This document shows, piece after piece, positions 26,249 to 33,910 of a DNA stretch of 43,339 nt. Numbering within the stretch: position 1 is the first letter of the stretch; each line of letters opens with the position of its first letter. The notes beneath the pieces are model-generated. The model was not told where the DNA came from and made no database searches. It saw nothing but the letters and a program-made list of their open reading frames with translations. The position numbers and the translations under genes were made by a program. Origin of the DNA: a virus; IMG/VR virus record IMGVR_UViG_3300014202_000331; one strand, 5' to 3'.

Positions 26249-26520
26249 CGCGCGCTCGCTGCGGCCACTTCGACCTGCAACTCGCGGTAGCGAAGGCCGT
26301 AGGTCGTCTGCTTGTCGTCTGACTCCAGGCGCGAGTTTTGGCCGTATGGCGACAGCGCGAGCAAATGCGCCGCGAGGTACATTTGCCCCTCGTCCTGGTA
26401 GACGCCCCACGTCGCAGCCGGGACGCTCACGAGGGCGCGCGCAAGGAACGCCTCGACCTGCGAATCAGCCGCCCGGGCGAACTCGGGGAAGCTCGCTCGA
26501 AACTCGGCGAGCGTCGCCAT
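26245..26520 (-). CDS. Head-tail adaptor (DUF4054-like)
   Basis: 91 aa. FRASFPEFARAADSQVEAFL...YLAAHLLAL matches the DUF4054 pattern (recalled). Confidence 0.6.
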   Translation of the reverse strand: MATLAEFRASFPEFARAADSQVEAFLARALVSVPAATWGVYQDEGQMYLAAHLLALSPYGQNSRLESDDKQTTYGLRYRELQVEVAAASAR

Positions 26521-26523
26521 GGG

Positions 26524-26799
26524 TCACTTCGCCCCGAGGGTGCGCTCGGCTGCAGCCTTTGCTGCAGCAACCTTCACGTTGCCCGGAAGATCGGACACGT
26601 CGAGCGAGCGCTTCGGCTTGCGCGTGTTCGCAGGCCAGTTCGGGGGCTCGACGGGCGCCCATGCATCGGTGAGACGCAGGAGGAACTTGGCTTCTTGCTC
26701 TTTCGGGATCTCGACGACCTCGCCCGGGGCGCAGAGCGCGACGGACTTGCCCACCTTGGCGTAACCCCGGATCCCAGCCGACACGTTTCGGACCTTCAT
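26524..26799 (-). CDS. Hypothetical head-associated protein
   Basis: 91 aa from ATG 26799 in track ORF 26524..27639. Reads MKVRNVSAGIRGYAKVGKSVALCAPGEVVEIPKEQ... Confidence 0.5.
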   Translation of the reverse strand: MKVRNVSAGIRGYAKVGKSVALCAPGEVVEIPKEQEAKFLLRLTDAWAPVEPPNWPANTRKPKRSLDVSDLPGNVKVAAAKAAAERTLGAK

Positions 26800-26809
26800 G
26801 CCGCGAAAG

Positions 26810-26860
26810 CCCCGGGGCTCGAAGCCTACCGGGGCGATCGCGATGGTTGGAGGCCCAACC
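26810..26860 (-). terminator. Two GC-rich hairpins between the major capsid gene and the next gene (attenuator-like)
   Basis: CCCCGG (26810..26815) pairs with CCGGGG (26829..26834). GGTTGG (26845..26850) pairs with CCAACC (26855..26860). Only a short CUUUC follows on the mRNA. Confidence 0.3.
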
Positions 26861-26873
26861 GTTGCGCCTGCGA

Positions 26874-27845
26874 TCAGGCGTCCATCAGTCCGTCGAAGTA
26901 GCACATCGACAGCGGCCGGCGAACGACCGTGCCGCCCACTCGCGCGTGACAGGGCACCGAGAAGTGGAGGCTCGCGGCCTGTGCCGGGAGCGACTCGAAG
27001 CGGATCGGCACGATGGCCGACAGATTCTCTGGGCTGGGGTCGTAGACGATCGCGCGCTCGCCGTCGCCCTGTGCATCCGCGAGATCGAGCTCCACCCAGG
27101 ACTCCACCTCGGTCACGAGCTGCTGCGAGCGCAAGAACACGCTGAGCACCGTGTCGGGAATGGTCGCGCTGTAGGGCTTCGTCGCGACGGCCTTGTAGCT
27201 CTCGGTCCCGAGCAGCATGCGGAGCCCGCCGTTGCCGTGGACCTGTTTGCTCTGCGTCCACACCTGGAAGGCCATCGACATGAGGTCCTCGAGGATGTTC
27301 TCGCCGGTCTCGTTGCCCCAGTCGAAGTTGAGGCCCGTGTCGACGAGCGGAATCAGCGTGTGGTTCAAGAAGCCCGGCACGCCGGTCGAGGTGTCGCCGT
27401 GCGCCACGATCGAATCGATCACTCGATCGATCGCCTCGCGAGCCATTCGGGCCTTGCGCGACTCGAGCTGGTAGCCCGTCTTCGCGGCGCGCCGAAGGTC
27501 CGTCAGCGAGTAGCCGAAGGCCGCGCCCACGCTGACGATCGGCGTCGCGCGCTTGGTGCCGAACTCCTCGATGTTGGGCAGGTCGGTCGCGTAGTTCGCG
27601 ATGATCTTCGCGATGCCCACGCGGTCGTAGAAGGTCCAAGCGAAGGTCTCGGAGCCCTCGTCGATCCCAGGCTCGAAGGGCACGAGCGTCAGCGCCTTGA
27701 GCGCCGGGAACTCGGCCTCGGTGATCTGGGCTCGGAGGTGCTCGAGACTCTGCTCGAAGTGGACGGTTTCGTTGGCATCCAGACGGACGCCCGACTTGGT
27801 GTGGCCGAGAATAGCCTCGAATGCGGCGCGGTCGCTCATGGTCAT
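26874..27845 (-). CDS. Major capsid protein (DUF2184-like, HK97 fold)
   Basis: 323 aa. Position after protease/scaffold/decoration. Good GGAG 4 nt upstream. Text resembles DUF2184 capsid proteins, which co-occur with DUF1073 portals and DUF2213 proteases (recalled). Confidence 0.8.
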   Translation of the reverse strand: MTMSDRAAFEAILGHTKSGVRLDANETVHFEQSLEHLRAQITEAEFPALKALTLVPFEPGIDEGSETFAWTFYDRVGIAKIIANYATDLPNIEEFGTKRATPIVSVGAAFGYSLTDLRRAAKTGYQLESRKARMAREAIDRVIDSIVAHGDTSTGVPGFLNHTLIPLVDTGLNFDWGNETGENILEDLMSMAFQVWTQSKQVHGNGGLRMLLGTESYKAVATKPYSATIPDTVLSVFLRSQQLVTEVESWVELDLADAQGDGERAIVYDPSPENLSAIVPIRFESLPAQAASLHFSVPCHARVGGTVVRRPLSMCYFDGLMDA

Positions 27846-27857
27846 GTTCTCCAGGTA

Positions 27858-27871
27858 GTTGCTACCGCAAC
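27858..27871 (-). promoter_or_regulatory. GTTG-N6-CAAC dyad upstream of the major capsid gene
   Basis: Minus strand reads GATCGTTGCGGTAGCAACTACCTGGAGAACATG. Intergenic. Confidence 0.4.
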
Positions 27872-27873
27872 GA

Positions 27874-28389
27874 TCAGGGGCCGGTCGGTCCCGTGGGTCC
27901 GGTCGGGCCAGTCGGGCCAGTCGCGCCCGCGGTCAGGTTGACGTCGACGAGCACCAGGCCCGCGTCTACCGCGCCGACGAGCACCGTGACGCCGGGCACC
28001 ACGGTCGCGGTCGTATCGTCGCCCCGCAGCTTGCCCGCATCCTCGCCCGAGTGGACGCAGTAGGCCGCAGCGTGCGCCGCGAGCGCGCCGTTGGTGGTCG
28101 CCCAGATCCGGCCAGTTCGCAGGCAGCCGATGACGGACTTCTGCGCGAACGGGCCGGGCTCGCGCGTCGGGTCGTGCACGATGAAGCCAACCGCCTTGGC
28201 GATGTCCTCCGTCTCGGTCGGGAGGATCGCGCCGTTCTCCGCGGTGCCCTTGCACACGAGCAGGCCCGCAGGCGAACCCGCGACCGTCTCCAGGACGTAC
28301 GACAGGATCGACCCGTTGAGGTGCGTCCCGTTGTCGGCGGCGAGGCCCGCGAGGGCACGAACAGGCTGGTCGAGGATCGTGGTCTGCAT
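27874..28389 (-). CDS. Head decoration-like protein (DUF2190-like) with a collagen-like (GPT)n C-terminus
   Basis: 171 aa from ATG 28389 in track ORF 27874..28617. Lies between the scaffold and capsid genes. Ends AGATGPTGPTGPTGPTGP. Confidence 0.55.
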   Translation of the reverse strand: MQTTILDQPVRALAGLAADNGTHLNGSILSYVLETVAGSPAGLLVCKGTAENGAILPTETEDIAKAVGFIVHDPTREPGPFAQKSVIGCLRTGRIWATTNGALAAHAAAYCVHSGEDAGKLRGDDTTATVVPGVTVLVGAVDAGLVLVDVNLTAGATGPTGPTGPTGPTGP

Positions 28390-28390
28390 G

Positions 28391-28969
28391 TCAGGAGGCC
28401 TTCCGTCGGTACGCGTTGATCGAGCGCTCGTAGGCGCGCTGCCTCGCCTGCTCGAGCAGGCTCGGCGTGGTCGTTGCACCTGCACCGACTCCTGGACGAC
28501 CCGCAGCGGCGGCATCCATGCGCGCCGGGGGCGGGGGCTTCGGCGCCGCGTTCGGGTCTTCGACTTCTTCCTCGGAGGTGTCCTCGACCGGCTCGGGCGC
28601 AGGCGCGGGGGCCTCACCCGTGAGCGACATCGCCGCGACGAGCAACTCCATCAGCACCTCGTGAGACTTGCCCGCGAGATCGAGCCCGGGGAACGCCTTG
28701 CTCACGATCGACGCGATGATCTCGTCGTCGGCCATGTCGGCATCGGCTCGGACCTTGCGAGCGCGCGCCGCGTCGAGCAGCCTCACGCGCTCCGCGACCC
28801 GAGCCCGGATGACCTCGGGAGCGGACTTCGCCTCCGCGATCGCGACGCGCTTCTCCGCGGCATCGCACCGCGACCGAAGCCGATCCAGCTCGAGCGCGAC
28901 GGGCTCGGGCACCTCAAGATCGACGGTGTCGATCCGAACCTTGCGCAGGGGGGTGATGGGCGTGGACAT
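28391..28969 (-). CDS. Scaffolding protein from an in-frame internal start (nested gene)
   Basis: ATG 28969 (codon 194 of the long ORF) is preceded by GGAG at 8-nt spacing and by a GTTG-N6-CAAC dyad. Reads MSTPITPLRKVRIDTVDLEV... Confidence 0.5.
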   Translation of the reverse strand: MSTPITPLRKVRIDTVDLEVPEPVALELDRLRSRCDAAEKRVAIAEAKSAPEVIRARVAERVRLLDAARARKVRADADMADDEIIASIVSKAFPGLDLAGKSHEVLMELLVAAMSLTGEAPAPAPEPVEDTSEEEVEDPNAAPKPPPPARMDAAAAGRPGVGAGATTTPSLLEQARQRAYERSINAYRRKAS

Positions 28970-29548
28970 CGTTGGTGCTCCATGGATACCGGAATCCGTT
29001 GCTGCGTCAACCATCGCGGAGGCGCAGTCGACTCGAAGGCGCACGAGCGGACCCGCTCGCCCCCATCCTTGCGGCCCCAACGCCGCGTGGTTGTACCGAA
29101 TGTTGCGCTGGATCGCGTCGTACTCCTCGCCATCGGGCGTCGTGCCGGCCGTCTCCTCGACGTCGGCCTCGTAGCCCATCGACACCTCGACGCGCTCGCG
29201 AGAGCGAATCTTCGCGATCTCGTCGGCGTCGTGAACGACGATCGAAGCTCCAACGAACGGCGGCTCGGGGCGTACGTCGTCGCCGACATGCCCCTTGCTC
29301 AGGGCGCGCCAGTTCTCGGGCCACACCATGTCGTCCGGGTGGAGGTCGGTGACCGCCACACCTCGCATCGTCGCAAGGCTCGCGTCGGCGAAGACCTCCT
29401 CGGGCGGGCGGTACTCACGGCGACGGCGGCCACTCGCATCCACGTAGACGAGCACCCCTGCCCGCGTCGTTCGGGCGTCGATGCGCATGGCGCCGCTGGG
29501 CAGCTCCACGGGCTCGATCGCGTGTGCTTCGTCGTAGCGAGTGGCCAC
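28391..29548 (-). CDS. Prohead protease (DUF2213-like) fused in frame to a scaffold domain
   Basis: 385 aa, GTG start. The N-terminal half resembles DUF2213 (GVAVTDLHP, EVSMGYEADVEE, NHAALGPQGWGRAG). The C-terminal half is helical and acidic, like a scaffold. Confidence 0.65.
   Translation of the reverse strand: MATRYDEAHAIEPVELPSGAMRIDARTTRAGVLVYVDASGRRRREYRPPEEVFADASLATMRGVAVTDLHPDDMVWPENWRALSKGHVGDDVRPEPPFVGASIVVHDADEIAKIRSRERVEVSMGYEADVEETAGTTPDGEEYDAIQRNIRYNHAALGPQGWGRAGPLVRLRVDCASAMVDAATDSGIHGAPTMSTPITPLRKVRIDTVDLEVPEPVALELDRLRSRCDAAEKRVAIAEAKSAPEVIRARVAERVRLLDAARARKVRADADMADDEIIASIVSKAFPGLDLAGKSHEVLMELLVAAMSLTGEAPAPAPEPVEDTSEEEVEDPNAAPKPPPPARMDAAAAGRPGVGAGATTTPSLLEQARQRAYERSINAYRRKAS
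28998..29011 (-). promoter_or_regulatory. GTTG-N6-CAAC dyad upstream of the internal scaffold start
   Basis: Minus strand reads GATGGTTGACGCAGCAACGGATTCCGGTATCCATGGAGCACCAACGATG. Also gives a TTGACG...TATCCA promoter-like pair. Confidence 0.4.
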
Positions 29549-29570
29549 GTCGTCAGGCTACGCGGAGACC

Positions 29571-29584
29571 GTTGCTGCCGCAAC
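29571..29584 (-). promoter_or_regulatory. GTTG-N6-CAAC dyad upstream of the protease gene
   Basis: Minus strand reads TTGACAGTTGCGGCAGCAACGGTCTCCGCG, 23 nt before GTG 29548. Intergenic. Confidence 0.4.
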
Positions 29585-29586
29585 TG

Positions 29587-30195
29587 TCAAGCGCCGGATC
29601 GTCGAATCTTGCCCAGCTCGAGCACGCGCAGGGCCTCGAGCTCCTCGACCGTCAGCTCATCGAGCTCGGGCTTCGCGTCGTCGTCGGCTCCGTCGCCCAT
29701 GGGCCTGGTGTCCTCGGGCTTCATGCCTCCGAACTTCGCGAGCTGCTCAGCAGCCGTGGACCGGCGCGCGTCGACAGCGGCGTACGCCTGCGCGATCGAG
29801 AGCACCTCGCGAGCGTCACCCGACGAGCCTTCGGCGACGAGTCGGCGCGCAAGGATGCTCGCAGGCTCGGCGGACTCCTCGACCGTCGTGAGCATCGTCG
29901 CTACGCCGACGTGGCCTGGCGCGGCGTCGATGCGCAGCGAGTGCGACGCGGCCTGCGACGACGTGAGGACCGTCGAGTGTGGGATCTGCCACAGCTCGGC
30001 CAAGAGCTTCGAACTTCGGCCGACTGCCCAGAGGTCGCGGGCCATGAGGTCGCGGATGCCACGTACGCGCCCTAGGACGTCGCGTGGCTCGACTTCAACA
30101 GCGACCTCACGAGCGGCAGCCAGGGCCGCGTCGATGCGCTCCGGGGTCATGGGCGCGCCGTACTGCCGCGCTGCTCGGGCTGGCCTGGACGCCAT
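29587..30195 (-). CDS. Hypothetical protein with an HTH-like segment (candidate late regulator or packaging accessory)
   Basis: Track ORF 29587..30210 (GTG 30210; first ATG at 30195). SSKLLAELWQIPHSTVLTSSQAAS is HTH-like. Acidic coiled C-terminus. First gene of the head block. Confidence 0.5.
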   Translation of the reverse strand: MASRPARAARQYGAPMTPERIDAALAAAREVAVEVEPRDVLGRVRGIRDLMARDLWAVGRSSKLLAELWQIPHSTVLTSSQAASHSLRIDAAPGHVGVATMLTTVEESAEPASILARRLVAEGSSGDAREVLSIAQAYAAVDARRSTAAEQLAKFGGMKPEDTRPMGDGADDDAKPELDELTVEELEALRVLELGKIRRSGA

Positions 30196-30217
30196 GCCCC
30201 CATGATGCACCGATTCC

Positions 30218-30231
30218 GTTGCTACTTCAAC
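30218..30231 (-). promoter_or_regulatory. GTTG-N6-CAAC dyad upstream of the first head-block gene
   Basis: Minus strand reads GATCGTTGAAGTAGCAACGGAATCGGTGCATCATG. Confidence 0.4.
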
Positions 30232-30445
30232 GATCGCGCGCGGGAATCCGAGGGGAGGGGGAGGGACGACGCCCCTGCCTCGACCGGGCCAAGAGCGCGG
30301 TGGTGCAGCGCCCCTCTCGGATGTCGGCCAAGCGCTCGTCGATGACGGCCTCGAGCTCGTCAGGCAGCGCCTCGGTGTCGACAGGAGCCCGGGCGAGAGC
30401 CGCGGTGGTGGGGTCGGTGTCGTCGGCGGTCGGTCGTGTCGTCAT
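30227..30445 (-). CDS. Hypothetical small acidic protein
   Basis: 72 aa from ATG 30445 (GAGGGA 8 nt upstream) in track ORF 30227..30481. Confidence 0.45.
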   Translation of the reverse strand: MTTRPTADDTDPTTAALARAPVDTEALPDELEAVIDERLADIREGRCTTALLARSRQGRRPSPSPRIPARDR

Positions 30446-30537
30446 CGTGAGTCCCTCGGATGCCTTGCCTACATGTCGCACCGTGACCAGCGCCCTCTCT
30501 CAGATCTCTCAATAGATCGTTGGTCATGGATCAGCAC

Positions 30538-33435
30538 TTACCCACCCAAGCTCGCCGAAGCGAGCGCTACGAGACGGAGCAGGGTCCCAGGCGGTGGAGT
30601 ACGCTCCCCGCTCTGCCACCGGAGGACGGTGCGCGGCTCGACTCCCAGGGCACGCGCTGCCGCGTACGGCCCCCCCAGGCGCTCGACGTGCCCACGGAGG
30701 GCCTCCGACGCGCTCAGGGGTCCGCCAGAGCCTGGCTCGACGATCTCGACGTCCTGGGGCCACCCAGCCGGCACGACGCGCCCCACGTGCAGCTGACGCG
30801 CGGGTCTCGTGCGGTGGACAGTGCGCAGGCGTCCGTGGACCTGCTCGAGCTCGGCTGCGGCCCTCATGCGCGCCCAGTCATCCGGCGCGGTGACGCTCGC
30901 CTCACCTCGGGCGACCCAGGCGGCCTCACGGGCCACGGCTCCGATGTTGGGCGTGGGGTCCCCCAGGCTGGCCAGCTCATCGAGCTCGCGCCAGCTGTCC
31001 AGGCCCCGGAGCTGTCCGTACCAGGCCAGGGCCACGCGATCCGAGCCACGCGGCCCGAGCTGACGAAGGCGCGCGCGCAGCCATGCGGCGGCGTCGCTGC
31101 GCGGCTCCTGTAGTTCGGCGACGATGGTTTTGAATGACACGATGGCGAGGGCACGCTCGCGCGGTCCCTCACACCACCACGCGATGGCGGCGTCGAGAGC
31201 GGCGCGCACGCGGGACCAGTCGATCTGGCCTCCGGGCATCCATCCCGAGCGCGTGGCGTGGCGGTCGGCGATCATTCGTCGGCGCACGGTGCACTCGGGC
31301 GCTGCGACCGCCTCGAGACGCGGGGCGTACCCCACGACGCGCGTGACGCTCGGCCGGATGACGTCGGCATCAGCCGCGAGGACCACGACCGAGCCGTCGC
31401 GCCTGAGCGCCGCGTGCATGCGTCGATCGGACGCCGCGAGCACGAGTGCACGCCGCGGTGGCGCGTCATCCTGCGCGCCTCGATGCGCGATCTGCTCGAC
31501 GGATGCCGACACGTCCCCCGAGTCTAGCACGGCCCTCCGCACGAGACCTAGCACCCTCGCCATGGCCCCCACGCGCCGCGCCGAATCTACGTCGACGCGA
31601 AGCCGAAAACGTGCCGCATCCCGGATCGGTATCGTCTCCCCGGTCTCGTCGCCCATGGCCGCGCGCGCCCATCCTGCCGCGTCCAGCTCGCCGCTTCGCT
31701 CTACCGCGGCGGCCTCGAGCGCCCCATCGACGTCTCGGAGGTGCTCGACGATGGCGCCCGCTGCCCTTGGGTCGTCGGTCGGAGTTGTCGACTCGACCCA
31801 GCGGATCACGGCGTCGAGAACCGCCGACATGCACTCGGTGTAGCCGTCGCGACACCACCTGTCCGGGCTCCGCAGCGTGTCGAGCGCCGCGTGGAGCTCG
31901 CCCGGGGTGACGGGCTCGACCTGGAGTAGCTCGGGCGGCTCGTCGATCACGAGCAAGCCCGTCGTGCCCACCATGCCGTCTAGCTCGCCCACCAATCCAT
32001 GCGGACCGACCAGCACGGGCGCCGAGGGCTCGCCGTCGATGCCGTCGCGCGCGCTGCACGTGTCCCGATGGTCGCAGCCGCGACAGAGAATTTTCGCGAC
32101 GCTTAAACCACCGGCAGCGAGTGCCGCCCCTTGTTTGCGGTACTTGCAGATCCAGCGGCCTTGCTCGTCGCGCGCGCTCAGCGGCCCGAAGATGCGCGCG
32201 GATGCGACACCGGCCGCCCGGAGATCTCCGACGACCTGGATCGCGAGCGCGTGCGTGGGGACGCTGATCGCGGTCCGCGTGTGCCGTTTGCCTTCGCGCG
32301 CCGCTCGCTCGGCGGCCACGATGCGCGCCGCGCGTGTCTTGCCCAGGCCGCACTGCGCCCGCACGAGCGTGCACCCGTCGCCGGGCCTTCGGATGACCTC
32401 GGCCAGCTGCCGCCCTGCGCGCGCCACGGCCTCAGCGCGGTCTTCGCCTTGGGTCACCTGGACGCGATCTCGCGGCGCCGCAACGATGCCTCCCAGAGCC
32501 TCGGAGACGGCGCGCGCCATGCCGGGCCAGGGGCTCAGATCGTTCTTCAGCCCATAGCCTCCGACGTAGCGGCGCACGGTCTCCTCGGCCATACGCAGGC
32601 ACTCGGCTTGCTCCTCGCGGCCCTCGAAGATGCGACCGATCAGCGCGGGCACAAGCTCGGGGCGTACGCCTCTGCGGCACAGCGCAGCCGGCAGCACGAG
32701 CGCGATGTCGTGTCGCTGCCCCGGCACGAAGGCCCGGCGCACGTCGTCTCCCAGTGCCCTGGCCACACGCTCGAGATCCGCGGGCAACTCGCGAGCGAAC
32801 GCGATCGGCCCGGATGCCCCGCTGCCCCCGCGCCTTCGACGCGCGATCGAGATGCCTCGCGGGGCAGCGATGGGCGTGCTCCTGCGCTCGACGAACGGAG
32901 AGCGGTACGGCTTGCCGTCGCGCATGACGTGCGGGCAACGAAAGTGCCGCGTCCAGTCCATGCACTTCTCGTCGGCGACGATGCCGCGCTCCCCCAGCTC
33001 ACGAAGCCACGCGCCGATCGCGGGCTCGGCGGCATCGATCGCGAGCAGGACCGCAAGCGGCTGGACGATGCGAGCGCCGCCTCGGGTCGCGTACACGATC
33101 GCGGTCGGGACCTGCGCCGCCATGCGCTCGCACCCCGCGATCGCGTCTTCGTCGCTCCTCCAAGCACCGTGGTTCGGGTTGTCGACGTCCGCCACCATGC
33201 ACGCCAGACGCACGACGCCTCCGCGCGCTTCGACCAGCCCCAGACCGCCTTTGTTGATGCGCGGCTGCGTCGCCCAGCCCTCGACCACGTACGCGACGAA
33301 GTGCGCGTCGGTGCGGTACGTGGTCGAGAGCATCGCGTCCACGTGCGTCACCTCGTAGGCGTGCTCCGCTTCGAGCTGGCCCTTCGACACGTCCAGGCCC
33401 TTGCGCATCTTGTCCGGCGCGACGGCGACTAGCAT
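30538..33435 (-). CDS. Replicase: archaeo-eukaryotic-type primase-polymerase domain fused to a P-loop NTPase/helicase, with a C-terminal HTH
   Basis: About 965 aa. AEP-like CMVADVDNP, YATRGGARIVQPL, TRHFRCPH. Walker A AQCGLGKTRAA and Walker B GLLVIDEPPE. C-terminal ALGVEPRTVLRWQSGERTPPPG. Start is ATG 33435 or GTG 33501. Confidence 0.75.
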   Translation of the reverse strand: MLVAVAPDKMRKGLDVSKGQLEAEHAYEVTHVDAMLSTTYRTDAHFVAYVVEGWATQPRINKGGLGLVEARGGVVRLACMVADVDNPNHGAWRSDEDAIAGCERMAAQVPTAIVYATRGGARIVQPLAVLLAIDAAEPAIGAWLRELGERGIVADEKCMDWTRHFRCPHVMRDGKPYRSPFVERRSTPIAAPRGISIARRRRGGSGASGPIAFARELPADLERVARALGDDVRRAFVPGQRHDIALVLPAALCRRGVRPELVPALIGRIFEGREEQAECLRMAEETVRRYVGGYGLKNDLSPWPGMARAVSEALGGIVAAPRDRVQVTQGEDRAEAVARAGRQLAEVIRRPGDGCTLVRAQCGLGKTRAARIVAAERAAREGKRHTRTAISVPTHALAIQVVGDLRAAGVASARIFGPLSARDEQGRWICKYRKQGAALAAGGLSVAKILCRGCDHRDTCSARDGIDGEPSAPVLVGPHGLVGELDGMVGTTGLLVIDEPPELLQVEPVTPGELHAALDTLRSPDRWCRDGYTECMSAVLDAVIRWVESTTPTDDPRAAGAIVEHLRDVDGALEAAAVERSGELDAAGWARAAMGDETGETIPIRDAARFRLRVDVDSARRVGAMARVLGLVRRAVLDSGDVSASVEQIAHRGAQDDAPPRRALVLAASDRRMHAALRRDGSVVVLAADADVIRPSVTRVVGYAPRLEAVAAPECTVRRRMIADRHATRSGWMPGGQIDWSRVRAALDAAIAWWCEGPRERALAIVSFKTIVAELQEPRSDAAAWLRARLRQLGPRGSDRVALAWYGQLRGLDSWRELDELASLGDPTPNIGAVAREAAWVARGEASVTAPDDWARMRAAAELEQVHGRLRTVHRTRPARQLHVGRVVPAGWPQDVEIVEPGSGGPLSASEALRGHVERLGGPYAAARALGVEPRTVLRWQSGERTPPPGTLLRLVALASASLGG

Positions 33436-33905
33436 GCTTGCACAACAAACGATCTCCTGGTAGCACAGGAGACAGCCGCGGCGTGTCTCCCCCTCTCGCA
33501 CGACTCGGCCAGACCGACCCGGACGCCGACACGCCCGGGCGGTCGCCTATTATGGCTACGCTTTGCCAGCGAAGCACCGTCCGGGGGGGGCTCTCTACGG
33601 AGCTGCTTGACGAGCTTCTCGGTCGTCTCTTGCTCCGACTTCGTGAGGTCGTGCACACGGTCATCCGACAGAATCTTCACGAGTGCGTCCGCGAGTTGCC
33701 GGCGTCCCTCTGCGGCGTTGCTCACCATCGGCTGAGAAAACATGTCCGTTCTCTTGAGCGGCAATAGGTGCATTGCGAAGACGACGCCGCCGATGGGCGT
33801 GTCGCGCCCCACTCTTTCGAGCATGCCCTTGATCACCATGCGCGCGGTCTCACCCATGCGCCCGGCATCGCTACCTTCGATCACTGTGATTTCTTCGTCG
33901 CTCAT
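33429..33905 (-). CDS. Hypothetical protein (3' end suspect because of a C8 tract)
   Basis: ATG 33905 in track ORF 33429..33947. Protein-like up to ...EKLVKQLRRE, then a C8 run (33583..33590) followed by low-quality text. Confidence 0.5.
   Translation of the reverse strand: MSDEEITVIEGSDAGRMGETARMVIKGMLERVGRDTPIGGVVFAMHLLPLKRTDMFSQPMVSNAAEGRRQLADALVKILSDDRVHDLTKSEQETTEKLVKQLRREPPPDGASLAKRSHNRRPPGRVGVRVGLAESCERGRHAAAVSCATRRSFVVQAC
33583..33590 (-). other. C8 (plus-strand G8) homopolymer, candidate frameshift/indel site
   Basis: [12 protein letters not shown] the plus strand. The +1 frame downstream encodes PRTVLRWQS. Confidence 0.8.
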
Positions 33906-33910
33906 GTCGT

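Noticed and set aside
28091-30205. Very long alternative-frame ORFs (for example 704 aa at 28091..30205 plus; also 13106..13990, 26847..27941, 36109..37482, 41525..42613)
   Set aside because: Their translations are Arg/Ala/Gly/Pro-rich with no recognisable motifs. They overlap well-supported genes on the other strand or frame. Long spurious ORFs are expected at this GC content.
30227-30445. Antitoxin / addiction-module component call for the 72-aa acidic protein
   Set aside because: The only support is a vague resemblance in LPDELEAVIDERLADIREGR. There is no partner toxin gene and no clear fold signature.
33436-33501. Cys-rich N-terminal extension (GCLLCYQEIVCCAS) of the replicase from GTG 33501
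   Set aside because: It may be real, but it overlaps the upstream ORF by more than 70 nt. The ATG at 33435 gives a compact ATG..TAG junction. The evidence does not decide between them, so the alternative is only noted.
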